IMG/VR virus record: IMGVR_UViG_3300021594_000641 | Span: 64,001 to 128,000 of that record | Source of the DNA: a virus | Length of the DNA stretch: 64,000 bases | Reading direction: 5' to 3' (one strand) | Shown here: piece by piece, positions 27,007 through 35,700 of the stretch | How positions within the stretch are numbered: the first letter of the stretch is position 1 | Layout: each line of letters opens with the position of its first letter | Made by a program: the position numbers and the translations under genes | The notes under the pieces: model-generated | What the model was told of the DNA's origin: nothing | The model's input: the letters and a program-made list of their open reading frames with translations, nothing else | Databases searched by the model: none

Positions 27007-28907
27007 AGTACACCACCGTTATCAGTTGGCTTTATCACACCTTTTGGGTCGTATCCTTTTATCTTGCCTGTACTGCCAAAACCGACAGACTTAGCCAAAG
27101 AAGGCACGAACGAAGTACCAGTCTCGTCAGAGATAGCTCCACTCCACGTGCCCTTCAATAAACCCTTTTGAAGATTTGACCCAAGCATTCTTGTCATCCA
27201 GTCTGGATCATACTGCAGGTTATCCAAACCTCGCAAGAAGTGAGGCTCTATTGGAGGAGGCTCATGGTGAGCTATCACTTCATTAATTCCGAAATCAGAT
27301 AGTGTGTTTATAACTTTAGGAGTTACCCTGGTTCCTATCGTGTAGTGAAGGACAGGCCTTTCCAGGTACTTACCTTTTGCCGATTTTGTTGAAAGTTTCT
27401 GGTGTCCTGGCCTTGGCTGAAAAGTTTTCTCAAATAGATCGTAAGGAATAATGTCGTCAGGCATGAACTCTTCCAACTCGTCATTTAGCCTGACGTGGTT
27501 GATAAGCCCTCTAGATAGCATTTCAATATTTCTTCTATGCGCGCCCAGCCCAGCTTCTTTCATTGCGTCTCTAAAACTTAGAACAAACTGCCTTCTTCCT
27601 TCGCCTATTCCCTTGAACTTTACAAATTCAGCAGGGTTTGGAAGGCCGTCACTAAGCACATCTCCAGCTTCTACCTCATCTCCTATTTTGAACTTCATCC
27701 CGGCTTCTGGATTTATGTAGTGAGGAACTTGTTTGATAAATATGAACTGCCCGCCGCTAGGAGCTTCGCGAACAGATTCTATTTTTCCATCTACTTGAGC
27801 ATGAGTTGCCCAGTAAGGAGACTGCTTGGGACTTTGAATCAACTGATTTAGCTGCTTGAAGCCTGATATGGACTTACCGCCAGCAACTCCGCCGCTGTGT
27901 TTTGAGCTCAGGGTTCCTTGTGAGATTGGTTCGCTGAGTGCTTGCACCGCTGCAATGCCCACAAAGTCCCCAACAGCAGGTAAACCGCCACGCTCACGAA
28001 CTCCAACATCTCTTGCATACAAGCCTCCGTCAGGAGCTCCTGTGGCTACAGGACTTCTGACTACCATCTTGGTTATTCCACGGCTGAGAAGGTCTTTCAT
28101 GACCTTTGGAGTTATCAGCGTGTTTTTCTTATAGCCGCCTACTGGAACAGACAGAAGTGATCCTTCGTTGTCAGAATCGTCAACATCAACAGGCATTCCT
28201 CTGCTGTCCGTATGCCCAGGATCTTCAGCGTCTCTGGCTGTGACTATGAGCCTGTGCCCTAACTGGTTTAGCTGTTTGGAAAAGAACCCAGAGTGTTGAA
28301 CAGAGAACTTGGTATCAACAACTCCCTTTCTGGCTCCGAAGCTTCCAGCAAAATACTCTGCTGGAGTTAGGCCTTTGGAGAAAGAGTTCAAAACTGGAAT
28401 AGGAATAGGCCTGTCTCTGTGGTCTGTGTACAGTAAGTCTCCGCCTCTCAAAGACTTAAGGTTTGAAGGCTTGCCTCTTGAACCAGACAAAACCTGCAGA
28501 GCCAAAGGGCTGTGCTCAGCTTTGGACTCGTTAAGAATGGCGTCTTCTAGAGGCTTCTGATAACTAAGAACAGTTTTGACAATCTCGTCGTTCTTTTCTT
28601 TCTCTGGAAGGTTTCTTGCCTGTATGGCTTGTATTCTTTTCTTTATTTCTAAAGCAGCTTCCTTGCCTGATACTGACGTCCTTAGAGAATCAAGTCCGAA
28701 AGAGAATCCTCCGGTCTTGTAAGCTACATCTCTACCAACGTCAAATAACTTCTTAAGCACATCCCTGTAGCTGTCTGGATCCTTCTCAGCTATCTGCTGC
28801 ATCACTTTTTGAACAGTCTTACCGTCAAGAATACGATTATAGTCTCGATAGCTCTGAGGAAGAGCTTCGTTAACTAGCAGCTGACCTACAGTAGTTCTGA
28901 TAGACAT
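27003..28907 (-). CDS. rpoC: Multisubunit RNA polymerase, C-terminal half of beta-prime
   Basis: TTVGQLLVN; SGSRG; bridge helix SFSKGLTPAEYFAGSFGARKGVVDT..SGFFSKQL; trigger loop VGIAAVQALSEPISQGTLSSKHSGGV. Confidence 0.92.
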   Translation of the reverse strand: MSIRTTVGQLLVNEALPQSYRDYNRILDGKTVQKVMQQIAEKDPDSYRDVLKKLFDVGRDVAYKTGGFSFGLDSLRTSVSGKEAALEIKKRIQAIQARNLPEKEKNDEIVKTVLSYQKPLEDAILNESKAEHSPLALQVLSGSRGKPSNLKSLRGGDLLYTDHRDRPIPIPVLNSFSKGLTPAEYFAGSFGARKGVVDTKFSVQHSGFFSKQLNQLGHRLIVTARDAEDPGHTDSRGMPVDVDDSDNEGSLLSVPVGGYKKNTLITPKVMKDLLSRGITKMVVRSPVATGAPDGGLYARDVGVRERGGLPAVGDFVGIAAVQALSEPISQGTLSSKHSGGVAGGKSISGFKQLNQLIQSPKQSPYWATHAQVDGKIESVREAPSGGQFIFIKQVPHYINPEAGMKFKIGDEVEAGDVLSDGLPNPAEFVKFKGIGEGRRQFVLSFRDAMKEAGLGAHRRNIEMLSRGLINHVRLNDELEEFMPDDIIPYDLFEKTFQPRPGHQKLSTKSAKGKYLERPVLHYTIGTRVTPKVINTLSDFGINEVIAHHEPPPIEPHFLRGLDNLQYDPDWMTRMLGSNLQKGLLKGTWSGAISDETGTSFVPSLAKSVGFGSTGKIKGYDPKGVIKPTDNGGVL

Positions 28908-29131
28908 CAGATATTGATCTCTTGGACATCGACGTCTGATTTAATGCCAAGTTTAGAGAGAATAGAATCAAACAAACCATTATCGCCTTTCTTGGCCTTG
29001 TACAAAGTGATTGTCCCAGGAGCTAGCTCAAGAACAACGATAATAGGCTGGCCAAAGCTATCGCGAATGACCAGCCTAGTAGCTTCTGCTTCTCCTGAAG
29101 ATTGAAAACCGTTGTGATATTCCAGCTTCAA
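28907..29131 (-). CDS. Small hypothetical protein coupled to the beta-prime C-half gene
   Basis: 74 aa; TGATG overlap with the next start. Confidence 0.65.
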   Translation of the reverse strand: MKLEYHNGFQSSGEAEATRLVIRDSFGQPIIVVLELAPGTITLYKAKKGDNGLFDSILSKLGIKSDVDVQEINI

Positions 29132-29141
29132 AGCTTCCCCT

Positions 29142-29873
29142 TTATCGTTTGAATCCCATTGCGTTGATCAAGCAGCGAACAGCTTCGGTTTTGTCTTTCA
29201 AGCTTGCTTCCTTCTTTCCGCCGATTGGATCAATTGGCTTGATAGGAGGAATGCCGCCAACGCTGGCATCGCTTCCTTGTTCTTTTGAAGGAACAACCGG
29301 CTCTTGAGCGTCTTCGCCTTCTGGTGCGGGCTTATCGAGAATGTCGTAAGGAAGATTTAGGCCTAGGCTTTCGTACAGATTGATTAGCAACTTTTGTTGC
29401 CTTTCCATGTACTCAAGCATCTGCGCGGGATCTACCTTGCCGCCGCCTTTTGCCTTTGGCTTTGCTGCCCCGTCAGGAGAAGCTCCGCCGAGAGCTGCCT
29501 GCACGGCATCAGTAACCATTTTCTTTATGTCATCAGGAGAAGGGGCTGGAGGAGCGCCGCCCATAGCCGCTGGATCCATAGGCGGAGCACCGCCCATCAT
29601 AGCTGGGTCCATAGGAGGAGCTCCGCCGCCACCCATGGCAGCCATCATTGCTGGATCCATAGGAGGAGCACCGCCCATCATGGAAGGATCCATTGGTGGA
29701 GCGCCTGGAGGAGCAGCTCCCATCATGGCTGGGTCCATAGGAGGAGCTCCGCCGGCAGCGGCTTGGTCCATGGGAGGAGCGCCAGGAGGAGCGCCACCGC
29801 CAGGAGGAACAAAAGCGTTCTTCAGAGCCATAGCCCTTTTGACTTCTTGTAGCAAAATTGGATTGATAGGCAT
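29142..29873 (-). CDS. Pro/Met/Gly repeat low-complexity protein
   Basis: Start MPINPIL (GGAG RBS) removes the overlap given in the track; tandem GGAPPMDPAMM-type repeats. Confidence 0.7.
   Translation of the reverse strand: MPINPILLQEVKRAMALKNAFVPPGGGAPPGAPPMDQAAAGGAPPMDPAMMGAAPPGAPPMDPSMMGGAPPMDPAMMAAMGGGGAPPMDPAMMGGAPPMDPAAMGGAPPAPSPDDIKKMVTDAVQAALGGASPDGAAKPKAKGGGKVDPAQMLEYMERQQKLLINLYESLGLNLPYDILDKPAPEGEDAQEPVVPSKEQGSDASVGGIPPIKPIDPIGGKKEASLKDKTEAVRCLINAMGFKR
29533..29812 (-). repeat. Degenerate coding tandem repeat (GGAPPMDP[A/S]MM)
   Basis: About seven APPMD/APPA units with synonymous codon variation. Confidence 0.85.
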
Positions 29874-29892
29874 TGATAGCTCCGTATTTAAA

Positions 29893-30858
29893 TTATCTAG
29901 CTCCCGCGCCGATCGGCCCAGAATGACCTTTTTCAAACTTATCAAGAAAATGACTCATAGCCCAGTTGTATTCGTCGCTAGACAAAGGCCGTCCGTACAT
30001 TTGATTGAATACTTGCCGAGCTGGAGCCATAGGAACTCTGTTAGCGTAAGTCCTATTCCTTGGATCAGGAGCGCTGACGCCAGCATAGAAGTTAGGAATC
30101 ATAAAATCGTTATCTTTGTCCTGAAACTTGTCAGGCATCTTAGAGTTTTTAAGCGCAGAAGATTCAAACATCTGCCTATGAGGGTGATAGCTCAAAGAAG
30201 CCCCGTAGCTGCCTTCAGGAAAGGGCTGAGGCTCAAGAGTTGTGCCTCCGGCATTGACCGTAAGCATCTGAGACAAGTTCTTATTTGAGCTAGGAGCTCT
30301 TCTGCTCTGGCTAAGCATAGCCTTGTTGTTTGCTGAAGCCATCTCCTGAGGGCTCATGGTTGGAGGAACCATGTTTGGAACGCCTCTATTGCCTGCAGGG
30401 GCTACAGCCGAAGGAGGACGGCTTGGAGTGGTTACAGGCCTACTGGGCGTTGGAGCAGATATAGCTCCAGGAAGACTAGCTGGACTTACAGCTGGGCTAG
30501 GCGCTGCTGGAGTCATTCCTGGAACTGTGGGAGATACTGACCCAGGAAGGGCAGATGGAGTAACTGGAGGAGTAGGAGCTGGAAGGCTGCTACTCCTCAG
30601 ATGGTTTTGCAAAGAAGCCAAGGCGTCTTGGTTCATCCTGGCCATATGTGCCACTTCTGCGTCTTGCCTAGCCCTGTGCGCGGTAGCACTGGATTGGGCA
30701 TTTCTAAGATGGCCAGCTATGGTGTTACCAGACACGTCGGTTAGAGGAGCCGTTGACGGAGTTGCCGGAGTGGCTGGAGTTCCTGAGTCTTGAGCCGCTT
30801 TAATCATGTGTTTGGCTAAAGCGGCCTTAACCATAATCAACTTAAATGTGTCAATCAC
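29893..30858 (-). CDS. Pro/Ala/Ser/Thr-rich putative internal head protein
   Basis: 321 aa, GTG start; leader MVKAALAKHMIKAAQ. Confidence 0.65.
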   Translation of the reverse strand: MIDTFKLIMVKAALAKHMIKAAQDSGTPATPATPSTAPLTDVSGNTIAGHLRNAQSSATAHRARQDAEVAHMARMNQDALASLQNHLRSSSLPAPTPPVTPSALPGSVSPTVPGMTPAAPSPAVSPASLPGAISAPTPSRPVTTPSRPPSAVAPAGNRGVPNMVPPTMSPQEMASANNKAMLSQSRRAPSSNKNLSQMLTVNAGGTTLEPQPFPEGSYGASLSYHPHRQMFESSALKNSKMPDKFQDKDNDFMIPNFYAGVSAPDPRNRTYANRVPMAPARQVFNQMYGRPLSSDEYNWAMSHFLDKFEKGHSGPIGAGAR

Positions 30859-30881
30859 GGCTTCTCCTTGTTCTTATAAAC

Positions 30882-31640
30882 TTATTTGTTTCTAGCTACG
30901 CCTGGCATGTCTACGTTTAGCTTCGATGGAGACGTGCTAAAAGGAGTTTGAACTGGAGGGAAGACAGAGGATGGTCTAGAGGATGCTATGTTTCTCTGCC
31001 CTTGCGCAGCCCTGCCTTGCTGATAGTTGGCGTATTCATTTGGCATTATACTTCTGCCACCTGCAGCCACGCCCACAGGATTTTGAAAAGCCTCTGGGTC
31101 AATCAAAGCTGTTCCCATTCGGTCTAGCATGGGAGAACCGCTATTCTGCCCCAAAGAAGCTAAGTAGCCTAGAGGACTGGAGCTAGCGTGTTCCACGTGC
31201 TTCTTTATGGTCGCAGCGTTATCTATTGCTGACCTTCCAAAGTTAGCTGCGCCAGAAGCCGCGTTAGCCAGATAGCTTCCAGCATCTCTCATGCTGTTTC
31301 TTACATTCTCAGACCTAGTTAAGTCGTCTAGAGCTCTGGCCGTAGCGTAATCCGGAGCAGCCATGCTGGCTCCGGGTTTTAGACCTGTTACAAGCTGCCC
31401 TCTTCCTAGAGCCTGCTGTCTACGATTGGCTTGAATAGCCAAGTCGGCAGAAGTAGGACCAGAAGTAGGAGGCACTCTAGAAGAAGCTATAGCCTTGTCT
31501 ACAGAAGTAGGAGCGGGCTTAGGCGCATTAACGCTAGCAGGGTTAGGTCCTTCTGGAGGAAAAACAGGAGGAGCGGCCTGTTTAATTAACTTAGCCGCTG
31601 CCTCTTTTACCTGCTGAATAGCCTTGTAGTTGAAAGCCAT
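30882..31640 (-). CDS. Putative internal head protein, MAFNYKAI leader family
   Basis: 252 aa; MAFNYKAIQQVKEAAAKLIKQAA. Confidence 0.7.
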   Translation of the reverse strand: MAFNYKAIQQVKEAAAKLIKQAAPPVFPPEGPNPASVNAPKPAPTSVDKAIASSRVPPTSGPTSADLAIQANRRQQALGRGQLVTGLKPGASMAAPDYATARALDDLTRSENVRNSMRDAGSYLANAASGAANFGRSAIDNAATIKKHVEHASSSPLGYLASLGQNSGSPMLDRMGTALIDPEAFQNPVGVAAGGRSIMPNEYANYQQGRAAQGQRNIASSRPSSVFPPVQTPFSTSPSKLNVDMPGVARNK

Positions 31641-31682
31641 CTTAGTATCCTCAGGGTTAGAGCTTTAAAAACTACTAAAAAA

Positions 31683-32120
31683 TTACTTAGATAACCTAGC
31701 TTTAGGTAATCCGTACAACTCATCTTCTATATTTTTTGGCATGGGCAGCGCGAAATTGCTAGTTGGAACCGAATAAACTCCTCTTGGCTGGTAGTGCATG
31801 GCTCTGCGAGCCATGTCCAGGGTAGTAGGCGATGTTAGCATGTTCTCTACTTGAGCTCTATCTTTACCTATGGACACCGCGTCTTCTTTTTTCCCAGACT
31901 CCAAAGCTTTAATTTGCTTTTCTAAAAGTCTCTTAGCGAAGTCTTTTTGAATATCAATAAAGTTACTCATACCCTGGTCATTTGGATAATTTCTAGCGGC
32001 AAGACCGGCGTCTCCTGGAGCTCCTAGAGTAGATTTAAGTTTTACTGCTTCATTTTTATCTGCAGATAATTTAACTGCAGCTTTTTTAACTTGTTCAATA
32101 GCCTTGTAGTTGAAAGCCAT
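31683..32120 (-). CDS. Putative internal head protein, MAFNYKAI leader family
   Basis: 145 aa; MAFNYKAIEQVKKAAVKLSA. Confidence 0.7.
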   Translation of the reverse strand: MAFNYKAIEQVKKAAVKLSADKNEAVKLKSTLGAPGDAGLAARNYPNDQGMSNFIDIQKDFAKRLLEKQIKALESGKKEDAVSIGKDRAQVENMLTSPTTLDMARRAMHYQPRGVYSVPTSNFALPMPKNIEDELYGLPKARLSK

Positions 32121-32243
32121 CTTAGTATTCCTAACTTTAAAACTGCGTTGGCTACGGAAGTAAAACGTATCTAGAAGTATAAACTGCTTTATAGCTTACA
32201 GCAATCAGCCTTTTACTAACAATTTTTACCTTGGCTTTTACCA

Positions 32244-32714
32244 TTAATACCCGTAGTTAACTTTACCTGTGCCAAGACTTGGCAAACCTACGCCTTTTAG
32301 AAAAGCTTGCCTATGCAAATTGTTGAATGGAGTTTTTGACAATTCTGTCGGTAACGTTTGATAAGTAGGGTATGGAACAATTTGACGATAGTTTTCTGAT
32401 CCAGGCATGGAGTATTGATACGGGTTTACGGGTTTATTTAGCGCCTCTGTACTGGCTGCGTGTCGCGTTTCTGGAAGATTTCTAGAGCCTTCCAACATTT
32501 TTTGTTTTCTTTCTGTTTCAGAAAGCCACTTTATGCCAGGCTCAGGCGCTTTTTGATAAGTAGGAAGACCTATAGCGTCTCCTCCGTAACCTGGAGGAAT
32601 AATTTGCGGTTTAGTCGCACTGCTGGCAGTAGGTTTTAAAGTAGCCGCAGATTCAGCAGCCCTTTTTGCCAGAGCTTCTTTAACCATTGAAATAGCTTTG
32701 TAATTAAAAGGCAT
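32244..32714 (-). CDS. Putative internal head protein, MPFNYKAI leader family
   Basis: 156 aa; MPFNYKAISMVKEALAKRAA. Confidence 0.7.
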   Translation of the reverse strand: MPFNYKAISMVKEALAKRAAESAATLKPTASSATKPQIIPPGYGGDAIGLPTYQKAPEPGIKWLSETERKQKMLEGSRNLPETRHAASTEALNKPVNPYQYSMPGSENYRQIVPYPTYQTLPTELSKTPFNNLHRQAFLKGVGLPSLGTGKVNYGY

Positions 32715-32719
32715 GGCTT

Positions 32720-32763
32720 CACCCTAGTTTACACCCTAGTTTTCACCCTAGTTTTCACCCTAG
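32720..32763. repeat. 12-bp tandem repeat, about 3.7 copies (CACCCTAGTTT[T/A])
   Basis: Units start at 32720, 32732, 32744 and 32756; spans the RNAP stop and the RBS of the next gene. Confidence 0.9.
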
Positions 32764-35700
32764 CTGTTTAGAATTACCACTTTCTGATCAGGCCCAATTT
32801 CTCCTGACTTATAAGCCCTGATTGCGTCGGCTTTTGTGGCAAAATACCGTTCTGGTTTATTAGACACGAAGGCCGTTGCCTGATAAAGACCGCCTTGATA
32901 CTCGTTCTTTGGCAGCTGGTGAACTTTAAACGTTTTAGTTGATAGCAAATTCTTGCTAGGCAACATCTTTTCAAGAGCGTCTTTGACAGCTCCATCAGAC
33001 ACAGGAACGTGGTAGTTCATGGTGTCGCCATCAAAGTCGGCACCAAATCCCGTAACCACAGCTGGGCATAACTGCATTGTTTCGTTGTCTACAAGTATTG
33101 GCTTGAAGGCCATAACGCCATACCTGTGAAGAACTGGAGCTCTGTTGATAATCACAGGCCTGTCGTTCATCTCTTGCTGCATAGCTGTCAGAGCTAACTT
33201 GTCTTTGTTCTGCACAAGTTCTGCTGCCCTAATCGGAGAAACTCCTTGTCTGGCCAGTCTTCTTACAATAAATGGTTTATATATTTCCCAAGCTTTGTTG
33301 ATAGGAATGCCTACTTGATCTAAATCCAGATTGGCGTTTGGAGAGATAACGCCTCTGCCAACAACGTCTACTGTCGTGCTTAGCAACTTGCGCTGCATAA
33401 CAGAGAACTTAGGATTATCGCCAAACACGTATTTGAGAACGCCTTTGACTCCGCGCTCTTGGTTCTTGGGACTTATTGGATCACCAAGTCCCGTGACTGC
33501 TTTGAATGACCTATATAGAGCTAAGCGCTCATCTCCAACTTCGTTGGATATTCTTCTGGTTTCTTTCAAAGCCTGGTTAGCTTCAAAAGCTTCCTTATAC
33601 AGGTAATTAGGATCAGCCACCAAAGGTCTGTCGCCAGATCCCATAACAGCCACAGGGCGGAATATTGGTGGAAGGACTGGAATCTTGTCCATCATCCAAT
33701 CTTTTGGATGCATCTTCAGCCTTTGGGTGTGTTTCAGAATCGCCCAGCGCTTTAGAGCTGCATCTTTCGATGACTTCTTCGAGTTTCTCCATTCTGTTTC
33801 TGCTCTCTTTGTTGCCTCGTTGATGTCAATTCTTTCCAAAGACTTCTTTATAGCCTCTGGACCGGACATTTCATTGAACGTCTCTTTTCCAGAAAGTATG
33901 GCGTTGAACCTGTTTTGAGTCAGGCCGAGTATTCTGCGAATAGGCTCTTCCATGACAGGATTGGGCAAAGGCTCAGCTAACTTTATGTAGCTCCATCTAT
34001 TTCCTCCATGTCCTCCTGTTGTTGATTCGTCAAACAATCCTCCCTTTATGGGCTTCAAGCCTTCCTTCCAGTCCACAGTTTCAGGAGAAGTTATTTCCCT
34101 TCCTGCAGCTAATTGGTCTATATCCTTGTTGGTCAAGGCCATGATCTGAATTCTTGGCCCAGTTCTTATTGGGTTTATGCCTGCAGACCTGAGTTGTTCA
34201 AAGAACTTATGGTATACGAGAGGAATTCTTGGCTCAGGAGGAGTTCTACCGGACATGAATGCTGCCCAGTAGTCTTGATTTTTTTGTCCTCTAATAGCTC
34301 CGGCATCGGTAAGAACATCCAAAGCTCCATGGGAAAGAAGGGCGTTGTTGTCAGCAAGGCTTACGCGCTTGCTTCCCATTGGACCGCCTTTAGCTGGAGA
34401 TTCCTCAGAGGTGTAAGAACCCAAACCACGACCAGAGCCTTTGCTCTCAGCCATGTGGTGCAACTTCATGAAGAAGCGATTTCCTGTGAATACGTCCCTT
34501 ATTTTTGTGCTGTCTATTGGATCCAGTATGTCTTCCCTGTCAGACATGTTGTGCTTGGATAGTTCTTTTTTGGCGAACTCTATCATGTCTTCTATGTCAG
34601 AAAAGTCTTTTACGGCGTATCTCTTACCGTGCTTTTCAGCTATTTTTCCCAGAACCGCTTCTACCATCTGACCAGGATTTGTTCTGGAAATAATGCCCAA
34701 GGGGTTTACCAGAACCTCAAAAGGTCTTCCGTCGCTATCTACAGGCATGTGGTTGTCTGGAACTATCTCAGAAATTACTCCCTTGTCTCCATACCTTCCA
34801 GAAAGCTTGTCGCCAACCTGCATTTGGGAGTAGCTCTTTACTGTTACGACTACGCCTTTCCTGGTTTTCTCTACGTCTGTAACCACTCCTTTGTCGTGAT
34901 GATCCCAAGTTACAGTGCTGTCTGAAAAAGTAGGAGCCTTGCCTCTGGTTATTTGATTGTGCGCCAGCTCTTTCTGCTTAACCTGAAGAATAAGAGGAGT
35001 ATCGGCATTTACTATTGAGCCCTTCTTGATTACTCCGTCCTCATCCATGTTGTCCAGGATGGCTTTGTCGTAAGTGCCTGGGAACATGGATATAAAAGTT
35101 TTCTTTCCGTATTTGGCGTTATCCTCAAACTCCACGTCGTTTTGATACATGTGTTCTGAGGAAAGACGCTTGGCAGCTGCCTCAGATATAACTATGGCGT
35201 CTTCAAAGTTCTGACCTTTATAGGGAATGTAGGCAGTACGCATGTTCAGACCCAAAGCCGTAGCGCCTTTGGCGTCTGTAAAGTTAGACCTGGCAATAAG
35301 AGTATTCTTCTTTACCATGTCTCCAGGCATAACTACAGGCGTGTTATGAAGATAAGTCTTTCTGTTGTAAGGAAGGTTGTCATGTATTTCTTTAACATGC
35401 ACCTTGCCATCAGATCCCTTTATGTGAATCTCTTCTGGAGTAACCTTAACAACTTGTCCTTCTACGTCGGAATGTACCGCGCCCATGTACTTGCCGTATC
35501 TTTCCTCATACGACTCGTCATCAGGACCTGGAACACCTGACTGAACAAACGGGGATTCGGCGTTTGCAATAGGCAAAGCCTGTGTAAGCATTCTCGCGCC
35601 CATCATCACGCGCTGGCCTTTGATGGTGGATTTGAGAGGAATCATGTTTACCAGAGGATTGAACGAGTCTTCCATGTGTGGAAGAACGTATTCAACCTGG

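Noticed and set aside
29380-30793. Long plus-strand ORFs (302, 152 and 145 aa)
   Set aside because: Antisense shadows of Pro/Gly/Ala repeat genes, with no RBS or recognisable motifs
32720-32763. CRISPR array
   Set aside because: 12-bp units with no spacers, and no cas genes
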